IMG/VR virus record: IMGVR_UViG_3300002091_000038
Coordinates: 1 to 54,340 of that record
Reading direction: 5' to 3' (one strand)
Length of the DNA: 54,340 nt
DNA from: a virus
Below, one piece after another: positions 33,834 through 42,079 of the stretch. The notes under the pieces were generated by a model that made no database searches, was not told the DNA's origin, and saw only the letters and a list, made by a program, of their open reading frames with translations. Positions within the stretch are counted from its first letter, which is position 1. Each line of letters starts with the position of its first letter. The position numbers and the translations under genes were made by a program.

Positions 33834-34062
33834 TTTCGGTCAATGTCGGTCATATTTCGGTCAAAGTTGGCGGCCGGTGACGTGGTTTTCACTTTGGCAT
33901 CATTTTGAGCTGATATGGCTCCGGCTTTGGTTTTGTGCCGGTTCCACCCCCGTCCTGGGGGTGGTGCTCACGAAAGGACTCGAACCTTCACGATGTTACT
34001 CACTAGAACCTGAATCTAAGGCGGCGGTTGATTTTATAGGGTTTCCGAAAGGTTTCGGTCAA
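33834..34062. mobile_element. attP region: tRNA-derived core flanked by arm-type repeats
   Basis: TTTCGGTCAA occurs at 33834-33843, 33855-33864 and 34053-34062, with TGTCGGTCAT at 33844-33853. These flank a tRNA 3' fragment next to int. Confidence 0.6.
33962..33992 (-). other. 3'-terminal tRNA fragment (T-arm, acceptor 3' strand and CCA); likely attP core
   Basis: The minus strand reads GAAGG-TTCGAGT-CCTTT-CGTGAGC-A-CCA. No matching 5' acceptor strand (GCTCACG), D-arm or anticodon arm is present, so this is a fragment and not a gene. Confidence 0.65.
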
Positions 34063-34111
34063 ATATAGGCCGCACATTTTCGGCGGTTTTTCCGCTGACG
34101 TCAAACTGAAA

Positions 34112-34297
34112 TCAAAATTTGTCCGATCTGGCAGCTGTATTAAACTCTTCGGCCATGTCTTGGCAGGATCTTCTCTCGCCATCAATCATCACGTCATGAG
34201 GCAGGTACTGCGCAACCGCCCACGCAAAGCTGGCAGCGCGCTCCATGGTCTTTTTCAGCCTGGCTATTTCTTCGTGGAGTGAATCGATGTCGATCAT
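34112..34297 (-). CDS. Hypothetical small protein
   Basis: 61-aa ORF (MIDIDSLHEEIARLKK...) between attP and the repressor gene. Confidence 0.35.
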   Translation of the reverse strand: MIDIDSLHEEIARLKKTMERAASFAWAVAQYLPHDVMIDGERRSCQDMAEEFNTAARSDKF

Positions 34298-34384
34298 GTC
34301 AATTTGCTTTTGGTATTGCCGTTTTTTGGTTGAAGTGTTCGCGTGAACACTTTTTAGTTTTAGAGCAAACCACTCTCTACTATG

Positions 34385-34486
34385 TCAGTTCCATCCCATC
34401 AGCTTTCGAACAGCCTCAACTGCCAGCAGCAGCGCCACGATAATCGCCCCAAGGATCAGGCCCCCGTCCATTCTGCGGTTGTTCAT
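34385..34486 (-). CDS. 33-aa hydrophobic micro-ORF downstream of the repressor
   Basis: My translation: MNNRRMDGGLILGAIIVALLLAVEAVRKLMGWN, a single TM. It is below the ORF-track cutoff. Confidence 0.25.
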   Translation of the reverse strand: MNNRRMDGGLILGAIIVALLLAVEAVRKLMGWN

Positions 34487-34502
34487 ATTGTGTACTATTG
34501 TT

Positions 34503-34817
34503 TCACAACATGGCGTAAACGATGGCCGCCAGCCCCACAAGCAGGGCCGCCTTCGTTATCACGTCGTCGATCCATTCATTGACGGTCATCCCTTTCGCAC
34601 TGGCCTTTTCCTGGGCCCGCATAAAGACTTCAAGGGACAGATTCGGATTCAAGCGAAGGCCTTCACCTTCGATTGTGGATGCCACCCACTGCGGGATCTT
34701 GTTTTGCTCGTTCTCCCATGCCACGACAGTGCGCGTCTTGGTTTTAAGGAACTTTGCAAGCTCGGCCTGCGTCATCTTTTTTGCCTTACGGAATGATCTC
34801 AATTCAGTAGCGTTCAT
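34503..34817 (-). CDS. XRE-family repressor (CI-like) with an RHH-like middle segment and a hydrophobic C-terminal tail
   Basis: HTH LRSFRKAKKMTQAELAKFLKTKTRTVVAWENEQNKIP, then KGMTVNEWIDDVI, then the tail ALLVGLAAIVYAML. It is divergent from the early rightward genes across the operator region. Confidence 0.7.
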   Translation of the reverse strand: MNATELRSFRKAKKMTQAELAKFLKTKTRTVVAWENEQNKIPQWVASTIEGEGLRLNPNLSLEVFMRAQEKASAKGMTVNEWIDDVITKAALLVGLAAIVYAML

Positions 34818-34824
34818 TCGTGAA

Positions 34825-34938
34825 ATGTAAGCTAACTTACATACTCCGCAAATAAAATTTACATTCCATGTATTTTTTATTTGCGCGGACTTCCATACTC
34901 TGACAGTTTCACCTCACAAAGTTTACATCCCATGCAAA
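34825..34938. promoter_or_regulatory. Immunity switch region with three TTACAT-type palindromic operators
   Basis: O1 ATGTAAG-ctaa-CTTACAT (34825-34842), O2 TACAT-tcc-ATGTA (34860-34872) and O3 TTTACAT-ccc-ATGCAAA (34922-34938, overlapping the ATG of the RHH gene). A possible rightward promoter is TTACAT-17-TACATT (34837-34865). Confidence 0.55.
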
Positions 34939-35117
34939 TCACTCTTGGAATTACCCCTGGCCCTGGAATCACTGCGGATACCATTCGGCGCATTGGTGAA
35001 AAGGCGCGGAAAAAAAAACTCAGTGCCGATCAGTATGTGGCGAATCTGCTGACTGAGGCGGCTCTCAGCGATGAAAAGGTGGCCGCGCCAAAACCAGCCG
35101 CACGCCTCAAGCGCTAA
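34932..35117 (+). CDS. Small RHH-type regulator (Cro-like by position)
   Basis: MQITLGITPGPGITADTIRRIGEKARKKKLSADQYVANLL has a beta-strand-helix-helix pattern. It is the first gene of the rightward early operon. Confidence 0.5.
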   Translation: MQITLGITPGPGITADTIRRIGEKARKKKLSADQYVANLLTEAALSDEKVAAPKPAARLKR

Positions 35118-35221
35118 TTTTTTATGAAGATCGAAATCAAGAACCGTGAATGGTGCCGTGAACAGGTGGCGAAGTCGGAAGCCGTTGAAACCTCTGCGGA
35201 ACAATCAGCCCAGTCCTGATC

Positions 35222-35479
35222 ATGACTGCGGAAGTAAAAGAGGCCACGGAAGAGTGGCTTACACTCGAAGAGGCTGCGCTGCTGGTGGACCGGCATCCGG
35301 AAAGCCTGCGCGTGGATGCCAAGTTGAAGCTCATCGAGCTAACCAAAAAGCAAGGTGTTCGTGGCCGCATGGTGCGCCTGGATCGCTTTAACCTGTATGT
35401 GAAGCGCAAGCACGGCAGCCGCTGCCAGCCTGTCACTCCCGAAGCCTTGGCCAAATGGAGGGAGGCACTGCGCGCATGA
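35222..35479 (+). CDS. HTH_17/excisionase-like DNA-binding protein
   Basis: EEWLTLEEAALLVDRHPESLRVDAKLKLIELTKKQGVRGRMVRLDRFNLYV resembles the MerR/Xis-type winged helix. Confidence 0.5.
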   Translation: MTAEVKEATEEWLTLEEAALLVDRHPESLRVDAKLKLIELTKKQGVRGRMVRLDRFNLYVKRKHGSRCQPVTPEALAKWREALRA

Positions 35480-36588
35480 AAATCACCCTGCCTGCCAATG
35501 AGCTGTTGGAGCGCGTGGCGAATGTATCGCGGTTGATCGGTGCTCGAACGATACTGGCCGTGCTGACTTGCGTTAAGATCGAAGTGCGCAAGGACTGCTT
35601 CACTGTTGAGGCTACGAATCTGGATCAGTGGTTTTGGTGCGACACGCCGCACGAACATGCTGACAATGTGCCGGGGAGCTGCTGTGTGAGCGCCAAGATG
35701 CTGTGCAGCCTGCTGGGCACGTTTGGCAAGAAGCCGGTAACTCTGGAGCTGCGCGCCGCCAAGAAAGGATTGTCCCGCCTGGTGGTGAGTGAGGGTGCGA
35801 ATGAAACCGGCCTGCTGTTCGTGCCTGCGGAAGAATGGCCTGCCCGTCCTGTCATGGCTGACGTTGCAGTGCTGCACGTCGGCGCGATGGATGTGTTTGC
35901 GCAAGATCTGGCCTGGGTGTCAAAAGCGCTTTCCAGGGGCAGTGAAGGCACGCCCATCATGTCCGGGCTGAACGTGCGGCCGGCGGATGGTGCGATGGGT
36001 GCCACGGATGGCAAACGCGCTCACATTGCCTACCTGCCAGAACCGGGCACAGGCGAGCCGTTCACGCTGCCGCCGGAAGCGGTGTCTTGCTTCAAGGCGA
36101 TGGCGGCGGATGCCAGGGCGATGGATTTTTACGCCGGGGCCGCTTCGATTGCCGGTGGCGCGGTAAAGATCGTGGCCGGGCAGTGGAGCCTCATCAGCCG
36201 CACAATGGAGGGCGAGTGGCCCTGGCGTCCGCTGCAATCCATGCTGGCCTGGGAATCGCAGCGCGAGTTTGTACGCTTCAAGACTGAGGTGGCGGCCGTC
36301 GCCATCCGTTCGGCCGGGGAATTCGGCGGTGAAGCCAAGCGCATCGCGATTGCCGGTGATCTGGCTGGCGTGAAGGTGCGCGCCAGCGATGTGCATGTGG
36401 GCTCCATGGAGTGGTCACTGGGCGGCAGCGGGCTGGCGGCGTTTGAGTGCTCGGCCAAATTCCTGGGCGAGTTCATCGCTGGCAACGGTGAAGAAACGGA
36501 GCTGCGTTCCGATGGCCCTGGCAAGCCAGTTCAACTGCGCCGTGGCAGTCGTGCCGGGCTGCTGCAGCCGATGCTTGATCACGCTTGA
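35476..36588 (+). CDS. dnaN: DNA polymerase III beta sliding clamp
   Basis: MKITLPANELLERVANVSRLIG...AVLTCVKIEV...TVEATNLD, then ATDGKRAH (compare ATDGHRLA), SRTMEGEWPWRP (compare DGRFPDY) and the C-terminal LLQPM. The ~370-aa, three-domain size fits. Confidence 0.85.
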   Translation: MKITLPANELLERVANVSRLIGARTILAVLTCVKIEVRKDCFTVEATNLDQWFWCDTPHEHADNVPGSCCVSAKMLCSLLGTFGKKPVTLELRAAKKGLSRLVVSEGANETGLLFVPAEEWPARPVMADVAVLHVGAMDVFAQDLAWVSKALSRGSEGTPIMSGLNVRPADGAMGATDGKRAHIAYLPEPGTGEPFTLPPEAVSCFKAMAADARAMDFYAGAASIAGGAVKIVAGQWSLISRTMEGEWPWRPLQSMLAWESQREFVRFKTEVAAVAIRSAGEFGGEAKRIAIAGDLAGVKVRASDVHVGSMEWSLGGSGLAAFECSAKFLGEFIAGNGEETELRSDGPGKPVQLRRGSRAGLLQPMLDHA

Positions 36589-36622
36589 ACCACGCCACCT
36601 CATTTTTCCAAGACTTCCCATC

Positions 36623-37507
36623 ATGAAAGACAACGAAAACAACGAAGACAAGACATTGGTACTGGCTGTTGGCGGCTATGAGCTGTCCATCACGCCGCAC
36701 GCGGAACGAGTGAAGCTTGGGCTGCTGCAACAAGCCGCCCTCATTATCAGCATTGACACCCCGGAAGCCTGTAATGTGGCGCGCATCGGCTTGAAAGAGC
36801 TGGCCGCGTTCCGCCTGGATCTGGAGCGCAGCCGGAAGCTGGTCAAAGAGCCGGTGCTCAAGCTGGGCAAAGACATCGACACCAAGGCGGCCGAATTCGG
36901 CAGCGAGGTGGAAGCGGAAGAGGAGCGCATCAAAAAGCTGGTCGCTGACTTTGCCGCTGAACAGGAACGCCAGCGGAGGCAGGCGGAAGAAGACGCCCGC
37001 AAGGCCAAAGAAGAAGCCGAACGGCTCAAGCGTGAAGCGGAACAAGCGGAGATTGATCGCCAGCGCGCCGAACTCGAAGCGGAACGCCTCAAGCTGGAAC
37101 AGGAAAAGAAACAGTTGATCGCGGCGCAATCTCCAGCTGCGGCCGTTACCGGCGGCGGCTTCCTGGCCAAGAGGCGCGCAGAAGCGGAACAGCGCCATCT
37201 CGCTGAACAAGCGGCGGCTGCTGGCCAGCGCAGCGTGGAACTCAAGGAGCAGGCAGAGGAGCAGGCAGCTATGGCCAGTGATGCCGCGCTGGCGTCCACC
37301 CTGCCAGCCGTGGCGGGCGTGAAGCCGATGCTAGATTTCACGGTGGTGGATGTAGCCGCACTCTACCGCCATGCGCCGCACCTCTGCACGCTCATCCCGA
37401 ATCGTTCGGCCATCCTGGCTGCCCTCAAGCAAATGCAGAACGCCAACCTGACCACGGAGATTCCAGGGCTGCAGGTGCGCGAAGTCTTCAAAGTGAGCAC
37501 GCGCTGA
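36623..37507 (+). CDS. Coiled-coil protein (possibly DUF1351-like recombination/replication accessory)
   Basis: ATG at 36623. The central region is an E/R/K/A-rich coiled coil (QERQRRQAEEDARKAKEEAERLKREAEQAEIDRQRAELEAERLKLEQEKK). Confidence 0.4.
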   Translation: MKDNENNEDKTLVLAVGGYELSITPHAERVKLGLLQQAALIISIDTPEACNVARIGLKELAAFRLDLERSRKLVKEPVLKLGKDIDTKAAEFGSEVEAEEERIKKLVADFAAEQERQRRQAEEDARKAKEEAERLKREAEQAEIDRQRAELEAERLKLEQEKKQLIAAQSPAAAVTGGGFLAKRRAEAEQRHLAEQAAAAGQRSVELKEQAEEQAAMASDAALASTLPAVAGVKPMLDFTVVDVAALYRHAPHLCTLIPNRSAILAALKQMQNANLTTEIPGLQVREVFKVSTR

Positions 37508-37611
37508 ACCCATTTCCCGAACGCCGGGGCCCAAGGAACTAGGCGTGAACGGCCGCAGAGACGGTCAAAGCCAACTAACAAACGCAACAACCAAAGCCAT
37601 CTGATAATCCT

Positions 37612-38385
37612 ATGAGTCTGATCCTGAAAAAAGAGCCGGGTAACTTCGACCCTCATCCTGTCACCGAAGATCCGGTTAAGGCCGTGATCGTGGATGTGAC
37701 GCCCGTGAAAGAAGTCGAGAAGAAAGACAAGAAGACGGGTGAGACGTACAAGAAAAACGTGTTCCGCCTGGTCTATGAAACCGAAGTGCTCAACGAAGAG
37801 GGCAAGCGCTTCTGCGTGTGGTCCCGCCAGTATGCCGCCGATGGCCGTGATCCGCTGAATGAAAAGGCGAATCTGCGCATCGACATCAAGAAGATTCTGG
37901 GCCGCGACTTGACCGCTGCGGAACTGGAAGCCTTCGACGTGGAGAAAACGCTGCTGGGCCGCTCCGTGCGCCTCATGGTGGATCATGAGGAGAACGACGG
38001 CAAGGTGTACGATCAAATCACCATGATCAAAGCGCTGTCTGAACCGTTCCCGCCATCGGGGGCGTATGTCCGCGTGAAGGATCGCAAGAAGGATGGCGAT
38101 GCCGGCTACCAGAAAGCCGCCGCGCCTGCTTCTGCGCCCGCTGCCTCCAGTGCCACACCGGCCGCCAGCGCCGCGCCTGCTGCCTTTGCTCCTGGCGACT
38201 ACTCGAAAACGAAGGTGCATCTGGACGGCTACGGCAACATGGCGATTGAAGATTTCGACATGGACACCCTGAACAAGCTGGTGACCGTCGAACTGCCTGC
38301 ACTGGAAGCGAAGGAAAAGAAAACCATCGCTGACAAGCGCCTGATCGCGGCGCTGCTGGAACTCCAAAAGGAGCTGGCCGCCTAA
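37612..38385 (+). CDS. Hypothetical protein, possible OB-fold ssDNA-binding protein
   Basis: The N-terminal 150 aa are beta-rich (KAVIVDVTP...FRLVYETEV...RLMVDHEENDGKVYDQI), followed by an A/P/S linker and an acidic/helical tail. The architecture is reminiscent of phage SSBs. Weak call. Confidence 0.3.
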   Translation: MSLILKKEPGNFDPHPVTEDPVKAVIVDVTPVKEVEKKDKKTGETYKKNVFRLVYETEVLNEEGKRFCVWSRQYAADGRDPLNEKANLRIDIKKILGRDLTAAELEAFDVEKTLLGRSVRLMVDHEENDGKVYDQITMIKALSEPFPPSGAYVRVKDRKKDGDAGYQKAAAPASAPAASSATPAASAAPAAFAPGDYSKTKVHLDGYGNMAIEDFDMDTLNKLVTVELPALEAKEKKTIADKRLIAALLELQKELAA

Positions 38386-38614
38386 CCCTTTCATCACCGC
38401 CGCCGCGCTCGTTTTTCTGGGAGGTCTTGCGGGCGCGGCGGTGGGTGGTGAATCCCTTTCAAACCTTTGGCCGCCGTGAAGTAGGGTATCCACCTTCCTC
38501 CCGTGTAGTTGGGAATGATCCTGACTTTAACCGCGAGTGGGTGCCGTGAGCCGGGTGTGTTGTCGCCCTGGGACGGGCGGTGGCCAATTTTCAACAATCC
38601 ATTAATCCACAGTT

Positions 38615-38764
38615 ATGAACGAAATCAAAACCGCAGCCAGCATCCTCAAGCAGTGCTCCAGCACTGCCAAGTTCGCCAATTATTACCTCGCCTTCATGCG
38701 CGCCGTCAAAGAGCGCGTGCTGATCGAGAAGATGATCAAGGAAGGCGAGAAAGAAGTCGCCTAG
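38615..38764 (+). CDS. 49-aa ORF (MNEIKTAASILKQCSSTAKFANYYLAFMRAVKERVLIEKMIKEGEKEVA)
   Basis: It looks more protein-like than the Arg-rich track ORF 38509-38790 that overlaps it in another frame. It is below the size cutoff. Confidence 0.25.
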   Translation: MNEIKTAASILKQCSSTAKFANYYLAFMRAVKERVLIEKMIKEGEKEVA

Positions 38765-38797
38765 CATTTCAACCCATTTCCACACGTTAGACACACT

Positions 38798-39421
38798 ATG
38801 ATTTACTTTGATATTGAAACGAAGCCGCTGCCGGTTGAGCAGTGCCTGCCGTTCATGCCGAAATTTGAAGCGCCGGGGAACTACAAAGATCCCGCCGTGA
38901 TCGCCAAAAACATCGCCGAACAAGAGGCGCGGTGGCTGGAAAAGGCCGCGCTTTCGCCTTTCACCGGGGCCATTCTTGCCATTGGTTACAAAGAGGCGGG
39001 CACGGATGACGTTACCGTGGCGCACGGCGAAAATGAAAAGCTGGTGCTGTCGCAGTTCCTGGATGACTGCGGCGACGTTGCCACCTTGCCCCTGGTGGGC
39101 TGGAACATCGTCGGCTTTGACCTGCCGTTCATCTGCAAGCGCGCCTGGATGCACGGCCTGAAAGTGCCGCTGCGCTGGCGGCAGTCGAAGCCTTGGGACG
39201 GCACGATTATTGACCTCATGGTGGAGTGGCAGTGCGGGGATCGCAAGGCGGCCTTTACCGGCCTGGATGCGGCGGCGCGCTTCTTGGGATTTGAGGGCAA
39301 GACGGGCGACTTCGGTGCGATGTTCTCGGACCTGTATGCCAGTGACCAACCGGCCGCCCTGGAGTATCTGGTGCGGGATGTGGAGCTGGTGGAAGCCGTT
39401 CACGGGAGGATCTTCGCGTGA
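38798..39421 (+). CDS. DnaQ/PolB-exonuclease-like 3'-5' exonuclease
   Basis: Exo I is YFDIET, Exo II is GWNIVGFDLPF and Exo III is YLVRDVEL. Confidence 0.8.
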   Translation: MIYFDIETKPLPVEQCLPFMPKFEAPGNYKDPAVIAKNIAEQEARWLEKAALSPFTGAILAIGYKEAGTDDVTVAHGENEKLVLSQFLDDCGDVATLPLVGWNIVGFDLPFICKRAWMHGLKVPLRWRQSKPWDGTIIDLMVEWQCGDRKAAFTGLDAAARFLGFEGKTGDFGAMFSDLYASDQPAALEYLVRDVELVEAVHGRIFA

Positions 39422-39810
39422 TTGATTTCAAGGCAAAGCTCGCGGCGATGAAGGCGGCTGGCGCGGTCGCTGCGCCAAGCAATGACAGCGCTGCCCCATT
39501 AAGCGGCCTTGTCTTGAAAGGCTCCCCTGCTCCTGCACCTGCCGGGCTGGCGGCTACGTCGATGGTGACGGGCCGCCAGCTTGGATTCCCTGACAGCGGC
39601 GAGCATGTGCCGCTTCGCTTCGAGAGCGATGGCGTTGATCCTCGCTGGTCGCAACTCGCCCACCACTACGAAACCGATCTGTGCGTAGCCGTGCATGCGG
39701 ACAATCCTGACGTCTGCTGGCTGGCGCTGCGGGCCAATGATCAACATGGGCCGCTGCTGCTGCACAAGCTGCCGCTGCTGCACCTCAACAACGACGAACC
39801 TCCCTTCTAA
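39418..39810 (+). CDS. Hypothetical protein
   Basis: 130-aa ORF with an ATGA-type overlap with the exonuclease gene. Confidence 0.45.
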   Translation: MIDFKAKLAAMKAAGAVAAPSNDSAAPLSGLVLKGSPAPAPAGLAATSMVTGRQLGFPDSGEHVPLRFESDGVDPRWSQLAHHYETDLCVAVHADNPDVCWLALRANDQHGPLLLHKLPLLHLNNDEPPF

Positions 39811-39811
39811 T

Positions 39812-40087
39812 ATGCGTCCTGACGTTTCCCATTTCAAAGCCGATCTGATCATGTGCGCGCTCGTCGCTCTCATGTGTGGCGCTGCCATTCTTTTCTTCCC
39901 CCGCCTTCGCGACACGGGGCCAGATTATGCCGATGTTCAGCGCCTCTCGGACACCACGCCTGACACGGGCCTGGCCACGGAGCAAGATGAATCAGACGCG
40001 GACAATGCGGCTGTGGCGCAAGAGCTGGCCTGCCTCTTCGACGCCGATGTGAAAATGATTAACCTACCCGCCATCACCACGCCATGA
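39812..40087 (+). CDS. Small membrane protein
   Basis: MRPDVSHFKADLIMCALVALMCGAAILFF has one TM, followed by an acidic tail. Its stop overlaps the helicase start. Confidence 0.4.
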   Translation: MRPDVSHFKADLIMCALVALMCGAAILFFPRLRDTGPDYADVQRLSDTTPDTGLATEQDESDADNAAVAQELACLFDADVKMINLPAITTP

Positions 40088-41469
40088 TTTTGAAGAAAGA
40101 CAACCTGGGCGGCCTCAAGGGCACAGACGTCATGCCGTTGGACTTTGATCCGCTGGTGAGCCATCTGACACTGGAGCAGGCGGCCGTTATTGAGCATGTG
40201 GAGAACGGCGAGAACGTTTTCCTCACCGGCAACGCAGGCACCGGCAAGTCAACCCTGACGGCGGCCATGGTGGCGCGGCATTGCCATGCGGACGGGCTGC
40301 ACGTCTGCGGCTGCACGGGCATCGCGGCATTCAACCTGGCTGATCGGCTGGCGCGGGATCTGCCGCAGGGTGTGCAAGCGCCCAAATGCACGACGCTGCA
40401 CCGCTGGGCCGGGATTGGCCTGGGGCCGCAAGAGGGCATGCCGTATGAGCAGTTCTATCATGAGTGGTTTGAGGCGCGCATCACGAAGGCGAAGATGGGC
40501 GCGCTGCAACGGGCGCGCTTCGCGAAGTGCCTGATTCTCGATGAAATCTCCATGATCCCCGGCGCGCTGCTGGATTATCTGGACTGGCACCTGCGGCATG
40601 TGCGCAAGGTGGACAGCCCGTTTGGTGGCGTGCAAATCGTGGCCGTGGGCGACTTCTTGCAGCTGCCGCCGGTCGCCAAGGATCAAAACTATGACTGGGC
40701 CTTTGCCTCGCGAGCCTGGGAGGCGGCCGGTATGCGTTCTTGCCTTCTGCGGCAGGTGCATCGCCAGGCTGATCCTGAATTTGCCGGGCTGCTCAACGCC
40801 TGCCGGGAGGGGCGGATTGACGCGAAGGCCGCCGGCATTCTGGCCGGGCGCGTGGCACGCTTCCCTGATCGCAACCTGATCCGCATGATGACGCACAATG
40901 CGCAGGTGGACAAATGGAACGAGTTCCAGCTCAAGGAGATTCAAGCCCCGGAACGCATCTACTGGATGGGCTTCAACGAGTTCACCCGCGAGCACGATCA
41001 ACAATCGCTGATCAACAACATCCTGGCGCCGCGCTGCCTCAAGCTCAAGGTCGGGGCGCGGGTGATGATCGTGGCCAACCTGAACGACACGGGCGGCAGC
41101 ATGGTCGCCTGCAACGGCACGCTGGGCTTTGTGGAGGAAATGAACGATGAGTTCGTGACCGTGGCCACGGATGACGGCGGCACGGTGGAAGTGGGCAAAC
41201 GCATGTGGACGTTGAACCCGCTGCAGGATGACTCACCTGGGGCGTTCCAAGTGCCGCTGCGCCCGGCGTATGCGATGACCATTCACAAGAGCCAGGGGTT
41301 GAGCCTGGATGCGGCGCTGATCGATGCCCGGGCGGCCCGCGAGCCCGGACAAACCTACGTGGCCCTGTCCCGCCTGCGCACGCTGGAAGGGTTGTGGCTC
41401 AAAGATACCATCGGTGGCGTGGTCACCAGCCAGCGCGCTTTGGAATTCATGAGGGGGATTGCGCAATGA
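40084..41469 (+). CDS. PIF1/RecD/Dda-like SF1 DNA helicase
   Basis: Walker A FLTGNAGTGKST, Walker B LILDEISM, then VGDFLQLPPV and the C-terminal HKSQGLSLD...YVALSRLR. Confidence 0.85.
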   Translation: MILKKDNLGGLKGTDVMPLDFDPLVSHLTLEQAAVIEHVENGENVFLTGNAGTGKSTLTAAMVARHCHADGLHVCGCTGIAAFNLADRLARDLPQGVQAPKCTTLHRWAGIGLGPQEGMPYEQFYHEWFEARITKAKMGALQRARFAKCLILDEISMIPGALLDYLDWHLRHVRKVDSPFGGVQIVAVGDFLQLPPVAKDQNYDWAFASRAWEAAGMRSCLLRQVHRQADPEFAGLLNACREGRIDAKAAGILAGRVARFPDRNLIRMMTHNAQVDKWNEFQLKEIQAPERIYWMGFNEFTREHDQQSLINNILAPRCLKLKVGARVMIVANLNDTGGSMVACNGTLGFVEEMNDEFVTVATDDGGTVEVGKRMWTLNPLQDDSPGAFQVPLRPAYAMTIHKSQGLSLDAALIDARAAREPGQTYVALSRLRTLEGLWLKDTIGGVVTSQRALEFMRGIAQ

Positions 41470-42002
41470 AAACACCACCTATTTGTATTGGACCGCCGTT
41501 GATTTCCATTCTCGCCAAGGCCGGGCATTGGGTGAGTGAAGATGGGAGCGGGCTGGTGGCTGCGGACGGGCTTTTCAAAGCTGATCCGTATGAGGAAATC
41601 GCCAGCCTTAAAAGCCGCATCGAATTACAGCGCCAGTGGCATAAACGAAGGGATTTGCAGCTCAATGAGGCAAGCAACACCATCGCCGCCCTCCGGCAAA
41701 CAAACGATGAACTGCAAGACACCTTTCGTCTCATGTACGCAGCCAACGTGCGCGGCATCAAGCTTTGGCAGGAACAGTGCTCACCCGAACGGGAGATGCA
41801 GTGGCCCGATCAAGCGCAGTTGGTGGCGTGGCTGTTAAAGCAAGTAGCCTTGCTCCAGGGTGAGGTGGTGGAAGAAAAATCAACCGCCATTCCCACCATC
41901 CACGGCAAAGATCCGTACCAGTACATCCTTGAGCAGTTCCCGGCAACGGAAGGACACCTACCGCTCAAGCAATGGTTCAATGAGCTGAAAGGCAGCCAAT
42001 AG
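41466..42002 (+). CDS. Hypothetical coiled-coil protein
   Basis: ATG at 41466 overlaps the helicase stop (ATGA). 178 aa. Confidence 0.45.
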   Translation: MKTPPICIGPPLISILAKAGHWVSEDGSGLVAADGLFKADPYEEIASLKSRIELQRQWHKRRDLQLNEASNTIAALRQTNDELQDTFRLMYAANVRGIKLWQEQCSPEREMQWPDQAQLVAWLLKQVALLQGEVVEEKSTAIPTIHGKDPYQYILEQFPATEGHLPLKQWFNELKGSQ

Positions 42003-42047
42003 CATCCCATCAACCCATCATCATGTGAACATAGCTGACTGTCCCGG

Positions 42048-42079
42048 TGACAGGACGGCGGAATAATGACACCATCTGG
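42048..42079 (+). promoter_or_regulatory. Copy B of the shared 32-nt element TGACr-N7-GGAATAATGACACCATCTGG
   Basis: The 20 nt at 42060-42079 are identical to 4266-4285. Here the embedded ATG (42066) is the in-frame start of the primase-helicase ORF. Confidence 0.45.

Noticed and set aside
33962-34020. A complete tRNA gene next to the integrase.
   Set aside because: Only the T-arm, 3' acceptor strand and CCA are present. The upstream sequence does not form an anticodon or D arm, and the complementary 5' acceptor strand is absent. It is interpreted as an attP core fragment.
35124-35219. 31-codon ORF (MKIEIKNREWCREQVAKSEAVETSAEQSAQS) between the RHH and Xis-like genes.
   Set aside because: It is too short to support from sequence alone. 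It is noted as a possible micro-gene because it exactly fills the gap.
38509-38790. 93-aa plus-strand ORF in the 38.4-38.8-kb gap.
   Set aside because: Its translation is Arg/Gln/Pro-rich and unlike a protein. A 49-codon ORF in another frame (38615-38764) looks more plausible. Both are weak.
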